NCBI RefSeq assembly: GCF_003945235.1
Contig: NZ_RSDW01000001.1
Span: forward strand, 1,260,001 to 1,292,000
Origin: Edaphobacter aggregans
GTDB taxonomy: Bacteria > Acidobacteriota > Terriglobia > Terriglobales > Acidobacteriaceae
Direction of reading: 5' to 3'
DNA length: 32,000 nt
Numbering within the stretch: the stretch's first letter is position 1; each line of letters begins with the position of its first letter. This document shows, piece by piece, positions 23,064 through 32,000 of this stretch. The position numbers and the translations under genes are program-made. The notes beneath the pieces are model-generated. The model made no database searches. It saw only the letters and a program-made list of their open reading frames with translations, and was not told the DNA's origin.

Positions 23064-24551
23064 TTATTTCTCCTCCCGCTCGGCGGGATTTGTTATGAGC
23101 TTCTTTACGATATTGGTCGTCGAAAAGCCTTCGACTGTGGGTACAATCTCGACACGACCGCCAAAGGCAATGACTTCTTCATGACCTACAACGGTCTCGA
23201 TGGTGTAGTCGCCACCCTTAACCAGTACATTGGGCTTAAGAGCACGAATGAGATCGAGCGGCGTGTCCTCGTCAAAGAGGACGACAGCGTCCACGGCGGC
23301 GAGCGCAGCCATCACCCGCGCTCGCTCTCGCTCTGCGACGATGGGTCGCGTAGGGCCCTTGAGCCGGCAGACCGAAGCGTCTGCGTTAAGTCCGAGCACG
23401 AGCTTCGACCCAAAGCGGCGACAAACCTCCAGCAGCGTGATGTGGCCGACGTGCAGCAGATCGAAGCAGCCATTAGTGAAGACGATGGTCTCGCCTGCAG
23501 CGCGCCATTCCGTCACACGCTTCTGGATGCGCTCAAGATCGAGGATCTTTTCGCCGGCCGTGAGGCCAGTGCTTGGTGTAAGCGCGACGATTAGCTCATG
23601 GCGCGCGATGGGTACAGTACCCGCTTTGCCGACAACGATTCCTGCTGCAAGGTTCGCCAGTTCTACAGCAGTTTCGATCTGTAAGCCTCCCGCCAGACTG
23701 GCAGCCAGAGTTGCAATGACCGTATCGCCTGCACCTGATACGTCAAAGACCTCGCGCGCCCTCGCTGGAGAGTGGTAAGTGCCGTCCGGGCGCAGAACGC
23801 TGATTCCCTTCTCGCTCATAGTCACGGTAAGAAACTTGAAATCATGCTCGGAAAGGAGTGCCTGTCCAGCCGCCAACAGAGCTTCGGTTTGACTCGCAGG
23901 AATGCCGGTCGCGGCTGAAAGTTCTCCGAGGTTAGGGCATACGGTCGTAGCTCCGGAGTATTTGCTGAAGTCAGGTGTCTTCGGATCCGCCAATACCGGA
24001 ATCGACGCTACACGCGCTGCGTAAATTACTGCCTCGCACAAGGCATCTGAGAGCGCACCCTTGGCGTAATCCGAGAGGATCACCGCATGAACCTTTGAGA
24101 CAAGTTCCGTAGCCCGCTCCAGAAGACGTTGTGCCTCGATCGCCGGATGTGCATCATGGCTCTCGATGTCCAAACGCAGCAGCTGCTGCATGCGTCCAAC
24201 GATCCGCGTCTTTGAGATCGTTGGCAACGAACCGGAGACCACCGCCGCCGTATCGATCCCCGCGCGCTGCATGATTGCGGCTAATTCAGACTGCTCTGTG
24301 TCGGTGCCCCAGAAACCAGCGAGAAAGGTCTGGCATCCAAGGCCAGCGAGGTTCATCGCAACATTAGCTGCGCCGCCGGCTCGCTCGTAGCGCTGGGCGT
24401 GGCGGATCACCGGGACCGGAGCCTCAGGTGAGATGCGATCCACCTCACCGTGGATGTAGCGGTCCAGCATGATATCGCCGACGACCAGTACTTTGAGTTG
24501 GCTAAACCCGCCTTCGAGCAGGTTCAGGATCGAATGTAGTTCCGGCAACAT
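23064..24551 (-). CDS. hldE: Bifunctional D-beta-D-heptose 7-phosphate kinase / heptose 1-phosphate adenylyltransferase
   Basis: 495 aa. The N-terminal domain is a PfkB-type kinase (GAGDTV). The C-terminal domain is a cytidylyltransferase (TNGCFDLLHVGH). Confidence 0.9.
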   Translation of the reverse strand: MLPELHSILNLLEGGFSQLKVLVVGDIMLDRYIHGEVDRISPEAPVPVIRHAQRYERAGGAANVAMNLAGLGCQTFLAGFWGTDTEQSELAAIMQRAGIDTAAVVSGSLPTISKTRIVGRMQQLLRLDIESHDAHPAIEAQRLLERATELVSKVHAVILSDYAKGALSDALCEAVIYAARVASIPVLADPKTPDFSKYSGATTVCPNLGELSAATGIPASQTEALLAAGQALLSEHDFKFLTVTMSEKGISVLRPDGTYHSPARAREVFDVSGAGDTVIATLAASLAGGLQIETAVELANLAAGIVVGKAGTVPIARHELIVALTPSTGLTAGEKILDLERIQKRVTEWRAAGETIVFTNGCFDLLHVGHITLLEVCRRFGSKLVLGLNADASVCRLKGPTRPIVAERERARVMAALAAVDAVVLFDEDTPLDLIRALKPNVLVKGGDYTIETVVGHEEVIAFGGRVEIVPTVEGFSTTNIVKKLITNPAEREEK

Positions 24552-24636
24552 GCGCTAAGAGATCTCCTCCAACGTCATCATCGCATCTTCCGTTGACTCT
24601 CCAGACGACACCTTCGTGGTATGTGTGCTTGAAGAG

Positions 24637-25710
24637 TCAACTGAGTGTTGCGCGCACTTCGGCGACGACCTCTTCCACAGTGATCGAAGTCAAGCATTTT
24701 TTGCGTTCGGTGATGCAGTTCTCGAGATTGCAGCCCCAGCAGTCTGTTTGGTGATAGACGACGCGGTGCTGCTTGCCGTACGGGAACCAGACACGAGGCT
24801 TGTTGCGCGCGGCAAAGATGGCGACACAGGGCGTCTGGACAGCCGCCGCGAGATGCATAGGACCGCTGTCGTGTCCGATGAAGATTCGCGCTCTGGCGAA
24901 GGCTGCGGCGCTCTCGCGGGGCGTGAGCTGACCACAGAGGTTTACGATGGGGCCGCCGGAGTTCTGACGCCAGCCATCGGCAGCGTACTCACTGGCTTGG
25001 CTTTCCTCGGGCGCGCCGCTCAGGGCCAGTGCGTGGTCAGGATAGAACCGGGCGAGTTGGGTGAGTAAAGAGCGCCAGTTGTCGCGGCCCCAATCCTTCG
25101 ACTGGACCTTGGTGCCTACACTGACCGCAATGATGCGACGGTCGGCGATAGGGGCGAGAGCTTCGACAGCGCGAACGTGTTCAACGGCGGTCAGGTGTAG
25201 GTCCCAGCTTGCGGGTGTATCGATATGGGCGTCGCCCAGCTCGGCCAGATTGCGGGCCAGGCGTGCGCCTTCGGGCTCCAAGGCTTGCTCAGGCTCCTGT
25301 CGGAGGTTCTCCTGCATATCTGATGTGAGGGGAACGCCTACCAAGCGCCGGATACCGCAGAGCCGGAAGAAGGTTGCGTCCCGGCGGGCGGCTTCGATGC
25401 CACGGGGGGCGGCGAGGTAGACGAGCACTTCGGGGCGCCAGCGTAGGAGTTGCCACCAGAGGGAGGCGAGGTCGCGCAAGCTGCGGGTGCCGACCGTATA
25501 GCGGAAGAATCCATGGACCAGGTTGGTGTTGTCCAGAATGGCTGCTGCTGGAGGGGCCTTTACGTTGACGGGGAAGTTGGTCAGCATGCGGCGTTCGGCG
25601 TTGGGGAAGGCGCGCGCGACCAAGTGGAGCGATGGGAGGGCTATGAGGGTGTCACCGAGGCTGCCGAGGCGATAGATCAGGACTCGCTTGGTCGTTGTGG
25701 AACTGGTCAT
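24637..25710 (-). CDS. Glycosyltransferase family 9 (LPS heptosyltransferase-like)
   Basis: RLGSLGDTLIALP near the N-terminus and GHDSGPMHLAAA near the C-terminus. The likely ATG is 25710 (MTSSTTTKRVLIY). Confidence 0.8.
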   Translation of the reverse strand: MTSSTTTKRVLIYRLGSLGDTLIALPSLHLVARAFPNAERRMLTNFPVNVKAPPAAAILDNTNLVHGFFRYTVGTRSLRDLASLWWQLLRWRPEVLVYLAAPRGIEAARRDATFFRLCGIRRLVGVPLTSDMQENLRQEPEQALEPEGARLARNLAELGDAHIDTPASWDLHLTAVEHVRAVEALAPIADRRIIAVSVGTKVQSKDWGRDNWRSLLTQLARFYPDHALALSGAPEESQASEYAADGWRQNSGGPIVNLCGQLTPRESAAAFARARIFIGHDSGPMHLAAAVQTPCVAIFAARNKPRVWFPYGKQHRVVYHQTDCWGCNLENCITERKKCLTSITVEEVVAEVRATLS

Positions 25711-25815
25711 GGGGTCTGGGTCTAGTCTGCTTGGTTTGAGCCGTTCCGGCAACTACGCCTTCGTTGTAGCTGATAAAGTTTTTCTGGGTTGGGTTGGGAC
25801 GGGAGGGCCCTTTCT

Positions 25816-26394
25816 ATGCTCGATGCTCTTCTGATTACGCGGATGCAGGATGAGAACACGGCGGCCTGGCATGAGACGGAGGTCGCTCACGCTGCGGCTG
25901 ATGGTCTGATGGCGATTGCCATGGCGCAGCACAGGGCCAACTTCGACCTCTGGCACGAGGAAGACAAAGCTCGCGATCCGCAGGCTACCGACGCGGATAT
26001 TGCTGGCGTGAAGCGTGCGATCGATAAGCTGAACCAGCGGCGTAACGATCTGGTAGAGCGGATGGATGCCTGGCTGCTCGATGCTCTGGACCAGAATGAG
26101 CGGGCTCCGCTGCACTCGGAGACTCCGGGGCTGATGATCGACCGACTTTCGATCCTGGCGTTGAAAATTTTCCACACCCGGGAGGAGGCGCACCGGGAAA
26201 CGGCTACGGAGGCGCATCGGCAGAGGAATGCGGAGCGGCTGGCCTTACTCGAGGAACAGCGGGCAGATCTGGCGGCGTGTCTGGACTCCTTGTGGGCCGA
26301 TGTGCTCGACGGGAAACGACGGTTCAAGCTCTACCGGCAGATGAAGATGTATAACGATCCTGAGCTGAATCCCGTTATGTACGGGCGGAAGTAG
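25816..26394 (+). CDS. DUF4254-like protein
   Basis: [25 protein letters not shown] and [18 protein letters not shown] match my memory of DUF4254, a family often found next to heptosyltransferases. The ATG is at 25816; the track start at 25789 is a TTG. Confidence 0.5.
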   Translation: MLDALLITRMQDENTAAWHETEVAHAAADGLMAIAMAQHRANFDLWHEEDKARDPQATDADIAGVKRAIDKLNQRRNDLVERMDAWLLDALDQNERAPLHSETPGLMIDRLSILALKIFHTREEAHRETATEAHRQRNAERLALLEEQRADLAACLDSLWADVLDGKRRFKLYRQMKMYNDPELNPVMYGRK

Positions 26395-26542
26395 ATTCGT
26401 AAACATGCTGCTAACTTGAGCAAACCGGGCGGTAGTTGACCTTAGAGCCAGGTCTGCGTATAAAACCGAGACGAGAACAAACTGAGAATTTGGCTTCCGT
26501 TAGCTCGGCAAGCCAAGGAGAGCCCAGGCACCAGGATTGACC

Positions 26543-27106
26543 ATGGCACAGACCAAGACTGTAAGTGCAACTGCAATGAAGCGTGCTCCGCGCACGCTAG
26601 CTGGAAGTGTTCCTGTAACCGTCGACGACGGACGCGCTCAGGTGCTTGCCCATTATGAGGCCGCGTTGCGGCTGATGCAGGAAGGCAAGTACGACAAGGC
26701 GCATGCGGCGTTCGACAAGATGCTGGCCGCCGGAGCGGGCGATCTCGCGGACCGCGTCCGGATGTATATCAACGCCTGCGTGCAGCAGGTGTCGAAGGGC
26801 AAGACGCACTTCATCAGCAACGAGGAGCAATATGACTATGCGGTCTCCCTGCTCAACGACGGGCACTATGAGGACGCACGCGAACAGTTCCAGTCGATTC
26901 TGAAACAGAACGACAAGGCGGACTACGCGTTCTACGGCCTTGCGGTGCTGGCGAGCATGACTGGCGACTCGCACACGTGCCTTGAACACCTGACGGAGGC
27001 GATCCGGCAGAATCCGCGGAACCGGATTCAGGCGCGATCGGACTCGGACTTTCAGGATATGGCGGACGATCCGCGATTTACGGAGCTGCTCTATCCGGAG
27101 GTTTAG
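26543..27106 (+). CDS. TPR-repeat protein
   Basis: Repeated helical A/Y/L-rich units of about 34 aa (GKYDKAHAAFDKML.., GHYEDAREQFQSIL.., HTCLEHLTEAIRQNP). Confidence 0.6.
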   Translation: MAQTKTVSATAMKRAPRTLAGSVPVTVDDGRAQVLAHYEAALRLMQEGKYDKAHAAFDKMLAAGAGDLADRVRMYINACVQQVSKGKTHFISNEEQYDYAVSLLNDGHYEDAREQFQSILKQNDKADYAFYGLAVLASMTGDSHTCLEHLTEAIRQNPRNRIQARSDSDFQDMADDPRFTELLYPEV

Positions 27107-27237
27107 TTCTCCATTCCGGAGTTATGCCCCCTGGTCTTTCAGGTCGCAAAGTATTCAAATCAAATACTTTAGCTTTGGACTTCTATGTTAAAGCATTGAA
27201 AACAAATTGTTTCCCTGTAAAGTATTCATTCCAAAGA

Positions 27238-27269
27238 GAAAGCCCCGGAATTACGCTCCCGGGGCTTTT
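27238..27269 (+). terminator. GC hairpin (GAAAGCCCCGG / CCGGGGCTTTC)
   Basis: An 11-bp stem with a 10-nt loop, about 130 nt after the TPR gene stop. The T tract is weak. Confidence 0.4.
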
Positions 27270-27494
27270 CTCCTACTGTTTCTATTATATCGGGTTGAGG
27301 ATAATAAAAACGCGCGCGTAGGTTATTGATGATGAATGGTTTAACCGACTTAATGGCTTGACAGGTTTTGGGAATCCGGAGGAAGTTGCTGATCGAGTTC
27401 TCAACTGTCAATTGCCCGAGTTAGGACAGACTAAAGCAGATTTTCCGGCCGACGACTTTATGTTGTGCCGCTAGCATGAAGACGGGGGTTTGGC

Positions 27495-28601
27495 GTGGCA
27501 TTGGAGAATGCAACCGAAGCGAACAGTGAATTGCGCGATCGACCGCTGAGAGTGGTTGCTATCGGGGGTGGGACGGGGTTGTCGACTCTGCTGCGGGGCT
27601 TGAAGAGGTATGTACCTGCTCCGGATCGGCGGAAGGGGCGACGGTCAGGCGATGCTGCGGCGGCCCGGAGTGTGGAAAACGGCTGCCCTGATGGTCGGTG
27701 CGTGATTGGCGAGCTTTCGGCTGTGGTGACGGTAACCGATGATGGGGGATCGTCAGGGCGACTCCGTGAAGACTTCAAGATGCTTCCGCCGGGCGATGTG
27801 CGGAACTGCCTGGTTGCGCTTTCGGAGGATGAGCACCTGCTGTCAAAGCTGTTTCAGGTGCGCTTCGACCAAGGGCAGCTCGACGGACATAGCTTTGGGA
27901 ATCTCTTCGTGGCTGCGCTTTCGCAGATCACCGGGGATTTCGCGCAGGCGGTGCAAATGTCGTCGCAGATTCTGGCGACCCGGGGGCGGATCTTTCCGGC
28001 TACGAACACGAATGTGAGGCTGGCGGCTCAGATGGATGACGGCTCGGTGGTGCGGGGCGAGACGAACATTACGGCGAGCAGGCAAAGCATCGTGGAGTTG
28101 ATGCTGGAGCCGGCGAGTGCCGATCCTTTGCCGGAGACTCTGGAGGCGATTGCGAATGCGGACCTGATTACGCTTGGGCCGGGGTCGCTGTATACGTCGC
28201 TGATTACGAATCTGCTGGTGCGAGGGATTCCGGAGGCGCTGGCGGCGTCGAAGGCGACGAAGGTGTTTGTGTGCAACCTGATGACCCAAGCGAATGAGTC
28301 GCTGGGACTGACGGCTTCACAACATATCGAGAAGATTTTGCAGCATTGTGGCGGGGTCGACGCGCCGATTTTTGACTATGCGTTGATCAATACAGCCCCG
28401 ATTTCGGCAGAACGGCGGGAGCAGTATGAGCGCGAGGACCAGGAGCCGATTGAGGTGGATTTGGATCGAGTGATGGCGCTCGGAGTGGTCCCGATAACGG
28501 GAGACTTTCTGCATGAGGGAGACGTTCTGCGGCATGACTATGACCGGGTGGCGGAGAGGTTGCTGGATCTGAGGTTATCGCGGGTGGCGACAGTGGCTTG
28601 A
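27495..28601 (+). CDS. YvcK / CofD-family protein (gluconeogenesis-factor-like)
   Basis: VVAIGGGTGLSTLLRGLK, VTVTDDGGSSGRLR and LPPGDVRNCLVALS. GTG start. Confidence 0.8.
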   Translation: MALENATEANSELRDRPLRVVAIGGGTGLSTLLRGLKRYVPAPDRRKGRRSGDAAAARSVENGCPDGRCVIGELSAVVTVTDDGGSSGRLREDFKMLPPGDVRNCLVALSEDEHLLSKLFQVRFDQGQLDGHSFGNLFVAALSQITGDFAQAVQMSSQILATRGRIFPATNTNVRLAAQMDDGSVVRGETNITASRQSIVELMLEPASADPLPETLEAIANADLITLGPGSLYTSLITNLLVRGIPEALAASKATKVFVCNLMTQANESLGLTASQHIEKILQHCGGVDAPIFDYALINTAPISAERREQYEREDQEPIEVDLDRVMALGVVPITGDFLHEGDVLRHDYDRVAERLLDLRLSRVATVA

Positions 28602-28795
28602 TGACCGCAGTAAGACGACCGCGGATTTGCGCGGAGTACGCGGATTAAAGGCGTAACGGTGATCGAAAGAATAACGGCTGATAAAGGCAAGGCGACGGCG
28701 GATAAGGGCGAAACTACGAGCCTGAGGAAAACGGGAATTTTAATTGAAGTATTGTTTCAATATTTTTATTTATATTATTCATTATAAATAATTTA

Positions 28796-28810
28796 TTCAT
28801 TGACAATGAA
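28796..28810. promoter_or_regulatory. Perfect palindrome TTCATT-GAC-AATGAA within a block of about 90 bp that is very AT-rich
   Basis: It lies 15 nt upstream of the GNAT start. TTATTCATT is directly repeated at 28775 and 28793. Confidence 0.35.
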
Positions 28811-28824
28811 ATGATGCCTGAGGG

Positions 28825-29433
28825 GTGGATGTGGCGATAGAAACACCAGTTCTTGATGGTCGACGAGTACGGCTGGAGCCTTTGACCGAAGCGCATCTGG
28901 CTGCACTTGAAGACGTGGTCTTTGATGAGCGCATCTGGCAATACATGATGACGCGGGTGAGGACGCGGGAGGATTTGCGTGGCTGGATGGAGGCTGCGCT
29001 TCGAGCGAAGGAGACCGGGAATGTCCTGCCCTGGGTAACGGTTCTTAAGAGCGAGGGGCGCGTAGTGGGGAGTACGCGGTTTCTCGACCTCGATTTGATG
29101 AACAAGACGGTAGAGATAGGGCATACGTGGATTGCGCCGGGGTATCAGGGCGCAGGCGTGAATCCTGAGGCCAAGTTGCTGCAACTACGGTATGCCTTTG
29201 AGGAGCTTGGACTGAACCGGGTGGCGTTGAAGACGCACCATGAGAATTTGCAGTCGCAGGCGGCGATGCGGAAGATGGGGGCGGTCGAGGAAGGAACGTT
29301 TCGGAACCACTATGTGATGCCGGATGGGTCGGCGAGGCATAGTGTTTGGTTCTCGATTGTTCGGGACGAGTGGCCAGGGGTGAGAGCTCGGCTGGAAGAG
29401 AGGTTGGAGCGGGAGGGGGCTTTGTTTCGTTAG
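28825..29433 (+). CDS. GNAT family N-acetyltransferase (RimJ/RimL-like)
   Basis: VRLEPLTEAHL...; IAPGYQGAGVNPEAKLLQLRYAFEELGLNRVALKTHHENLQSQAAMRKMGAVEEG. The start is GTG 28825 or 28831. Confidence 0.75.
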   Translation: MDVAIETPVLDGRRVRLEPLTEAHLAALEDVVFDERIWQYMMTRVRTREDLRGWMEAALRAKETGNVLPWVTVLKSEGRVVGSTRFLDLDLMNKTVEIGHTWIAPGYQGAGVNPEAKLLQLRYAFEELGLNRVALKTHHENLQSQAAMRKMGAVEEGTFRNHYVMPDGSARHSVWFSIVRDEWPGVRARLEERLEREGALFR

Positions 29434-29504
29434 AGATAGAGGATGGCTCGCGGGGGGAGCGATTCCCTGCTCTGCTGTGAAAGAATGGAAGGTGAAGGAG
29501 CCGC

Positions 29505-30821
29505 ATGCCTGTAACGCTGATTGACGATATCTCCACGACGAAAGAGACCTCCCGCAATATACGCAAGACTGTCCTGCCGAATGGCCTTTTGGTGCTGACC
29601 GAGAGCATGCCCCAGGTGCGGAGCGTTTCGATGGGTGCTTGGATTGGGTCGGGGTCGCGGGATGAGACGGCCGAGATCAATGGCGTATCGCACTTTGTGG
29701 AGCACATGGTGTTCAAGGGGACGACTTCGCGGTCGGCTCAGCAGATTGCGCGTGAGGTGGATACGATCGGCGGCAATCTGGACGCATTTACCGGCAAAGA
29801 GACTGTCTGCTTCAACATCAAGGTGCTGGATGAGAATGTGGCCCCGGCACTGGATGTTCTGGCAGACCTGGTGCTGCATCCGACGTTTACGCCGGAGGAG
29901 TTGGCGCGCGAGCAGGGCGTGATTCTCGAAGAGATCAAGATGGATGAGGACAATCCTGACTATCTGGTCAATGAGATCTTTACGCAGAACTTCTGGAAGG
30001 GCGATGCGCTGGGGCGACCGATTCTGGGGACGAAGAAGACGGTTTCGAGCTTCAACCAGCAGATTGTGTTCGACTTTTACGCCAGCCAGTTTACGCCCCG
30101 GAATATGGTGTTTTCTGCGGCGGGGAACCTGGAGCACGATGCGTTTGTGATGCAGGTGGAGCAGCAATTCCGGTCGCTTTCGGCTACTGGGGACGTTGTG
30201 TTGCAGAAGGAAAAGGCTCCGGTGGCCACGCCACACGTTACGCTGAAGCGGAAGAAGTCGCTGGAGCAGGTGCAGGTTTGTCTGGGTGTTGAGGCTCCGC
30301 CGGTCAATGACAAGGACCGGTATGCGGTTTATATGCTGAATACGATGCTGGGTGGGGGGATGAGCTCGCGACTATTCCAGACGATTCGGGAGGACCGGGG
30401 GCTGGCGTACTCGATTTACTCGGAGATGAATCCGTTTCGAGATACGGGGTCGCTTTGTGTGTATGCCGGGACGTCGGTGGACAAGACGCAGGAGGTGCTG
30501 GAGCTTACCCTGCGGGAGTTGCGGCGTCTGAAAGAAGAGACAGTTAGTGTCGCCGAGTTGAAGCGGGCTAAAGACCAGCTGAAGAGCAATATTGTGATTG
30601 GACTGGAGAGCTCGGGCAGCCGGATGGCGAATCTGGCGCGGCAGCAGATGTATTTTGGACGGTTCTTCGATGTTGACGAGATTACCGCGGAGATTGAGGC
30701 GGTGACTCCGGATGATGTTCAGGCGCTGGCGCGGCGGATGTTTCGGCCGGAGGCGCTGGCTCTGACACTTTTGGGGAATCTTGGAACGATGAAGATCGAG
30801 CGCGAAGAGCTGGCTTGCTGA
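29505..30821 (+). CDS. M16 family zinc peptidase (insulinase-like)
   Basis: GVSHFVEHMVFKGT (HxxEH); 438 aa with the typical two-lobe length. Confidence 0.9.
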   Translation: MPVTLIDDISTTKETSRNIRKTVLPNGLLVLTESMPQVRSVSMGAWIGSGSRDETAEINGVSHFVEHMVFKGTTSRSAQQIAREVDTIGGNLDAFTGKETVCFNIKVLDENVAPALDVLADLVLHPTFTPEELAREQGVILEEIKMDEDNPDYLVNEIFTQNFWKGDALGRPILGTKKTVSSFNQQIVFDFYASQFTPRNMVFSAAGNLEHDAFVMQVEQQFRSLSATGDVVLQKEKAPVATPHVTLKRKKSLEQVQVCLGVEAPPVNDKDRYAVYMLNTMLGGGMSSRLFQTIREDRGLAYSIYSEMNPFRDTGSLCVYAGTSVDKTQEVLELTLRELRRLKEETVSVAELKRAKDQLKSNIVIGLESSGSRMANLARQQMYFGRFFDVDEITAEIEAVTPDDVQALARRMFRPEALALTLLGNLGTMKIEREELAC

Positions 30822-30866
30822 TAGAGTTTTGATCGATATATAGGAAATCTGGACGGGCTGAGGAAT

Positions 30867-31391
30867 ATGAAGACGATGGACGGTTTAGAAGTGCGCGCAC
30901 GACGAATGGCCGAGGCGGGCTTTACGCTGATTGAGCTGCTGATTGTGATGTCGGTGATGCTGATCCTGATGACGCTGGCGCTGCCGCAGATGCTGAAGTT
31001 CCGCAAGCAGGCGCAGGAGACTTCGGCGATTCAGTCGGTGCGGACCATTGGGAATGCAGAGCTGCAGTACAACTCGCAGTACCCGCAGAATGGGTTCGCC
31101 TGCTCGCTGGCTGTGCTGGGGGGCGATCCGAAGTCGGGTGCGCCGACGGCTCAGAGCGCGCAGCTGATTGATCCGACTCTCGCGACCGGGCAGAAGGCTG
31201 GATATACGTTTGCGATCACGAACTGCTCGAAGGTGACGGTGAACAATCAGGATATGTACACATCGTTCCAGATTACGGCGGTGCCGCAGGCGGTAGGTAA
31301 GACGGGTGACCGTGGGTTCTGCACGGATGCAAATAACCTGATTACAGTCGACCGGACGGGTGGAACGAACTGCACGGAGCCTCTGCAGTAG
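30867..31391 (+). CDS. Prepilin-type N-terminal cleavage/methylation domain protein (type IV pilin or pseudopilin-like)
   Basis: AEAGFTLIELLIVMSVMLILMTLALP. Confidence 0.8.
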   Translation: MKTMDGLEVRARRMAEAGFTLIELLIVMSVMLILMTLALPQMLKFRKQAQETSAIQSVRTIGNAELQYNSQYPQNGFACSLAVLGGDPKSGAPTAQSAQLIDPTLATGQKAGYTFAITNCSKVTVNNQDMYTSFQITAVPQAVGKTGDRGFCTDANNLITVDRTGGTNCTEPLQ

Positions 31392-32000
31392 TGATTGCAA
31401 GGGCGATTCTGCTGGTACTGGTTTGTCTGACTCCTCGGCTTTATGCACAGGATGCGGATGCGCTGGTACGCAAGGTCGATGACCACTATAACCATCTGAC
31501 TTCGCTTAAGGCTCGGTATACGGAGCACTACGCGGGCATGGGGATGGATAAGACCGAGTCGGGTACGCTAGTGCTGAAGAAGCCGGGACGGATGCGGTGG
31601 AGTTACGACCAACCGGCGGGCAAGGTCTTCGTACTGGATGGGAAGTATGCGTGGTCGTACACGCCGGGGACAGACCAGGCACAGAGGGTTTCGGCTAAGC
31701 AACTGGATGATCTACGGTCTCCGCTGCGGTTTCTGCTGGGGCATACGCAATTGAAGAAAGAGCTTGATCAGCTTACGGTTACGCCGAGTGGGGCGGGCTT
31801 TCAGATTGCGGGCGTTCCTAAAGGGATGGAGCAGCGGGTAAAGCTGCTGACGCTGGGTGTGGCGGCTTCGGGTGCGATTGAGCGGATGCGGATCGAAGAG
31901 ATCGATGGGGCGGTGACGGAATTCGCGTTCTCTGAGATGCAGGAGAATGTACCGGTCAAGAATGAGGACTTTGTATTTACGCCTCCGGCGGGGGTGAGCG
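31391..32000 (+). CDS. LolA-like outer-membrane lipoprotein carrier family protein (partial; 3' end outside the window)
   Basis: Not in the track because the ORF is open-ended. GTG 31391 overlaps the previous stop (TAGTG). A signal-like segment IARAILLVLVCLTPRLYAQ is followed by LKARYTEHY...GTLVLKKPGRMRWSY... Confidence 0.6.
   Translation, partial: MIARAILLVLVCLTPRLYAQDADALVRKVDDHYNHLTSLKARYTEHYAGMGMDKTESGTLVLKKPGRMRWSYDQPAGKVFVLDGKYAWSYTPGTDQAQRVSAKQLDDLRSPLRFLLGHTQLKKELDQLTVTPSGAGFQIAGVPKGMEQRVKLLTLGVAASGAIERMRIEEIDGAVTEFAFSEMQENVPVKNEDFVFTPPAGVS

Noticed and set aside
22083-23778. + strand ORFs 22083-22613, 22737-23594 and 23230-23778.
   Set aside because: They are antisense to hldD and hldE, both of which have unambiguous motifs.
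25753-26327. Minus-strand ORFs 25753-26217 and 25887-26327.
   Set aside because: They are antisense to the DUF4254-like gene. Their products are Arg/Ser-rich and low in complexity.
29430-31448. Minus-strand ORFs 29430-30236 (268 aa), 29045-29716 and 30885-31448 (187 aa).
   Set aside because: These are shadows of the M16 peptidase, GNAT and prepilin genes. Their translations are Arg/His/Leu-rich without motifs.

Overview
This is a high-GC chromosomal window interrupted by a visibly more AT-rich integrated element of about 16 kb. The gene content suggests an Acidobacteriota-like soil bacterium, but that is inference only.

Left flank (1-5615): the distal part of a minus-strand cellulose synthase operon. 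It holds a giant BcsQ-like ATPase, then BcsA fused in frame to BcsB and running off the window. A tRNA-Lys(UUU) follows.

Island (5565-21564): the last 52 nt of the tRNA recur perfectly at 21513-21564 and delimit the island. It carries:
- a tyrosine integrase with arm-type repeats on both sides of the core;
- an Xis/AlpA-like HTH gene coupled to an ECF-sigma-like gene;
- an HNH/AP2 protein;
- an orphan tail-tube-like gene;
- a compact TerS-portal-protease-HK97 capsid block.

I can recognise no large terminase, other tail, lysis, replicase or repressor genes. The island is therefore a candidate capsid-encoding phage satellite; a trimmed prophage is the alternative. Its attL-proximal 0.8 kb is a non-coding array of six GGCATCCAA-box plus hairpin/T-tract modules that look like sRNA genes. 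Cargo genes for small, membrane and secreted proteins of unknown function follow.

Right flank (21565-32000): LPS heptose genes (hldD, hldE, a GT9 heptosyltransferase, a DUF4254-like protein), then a TPR protein, a YvcK-like protein, a GNAT, an M16 peptidase, a prepilin-like protein and a partial LolA-like gene.

All calls come from reading the sequence and from remembered family motifs. No searches were run.
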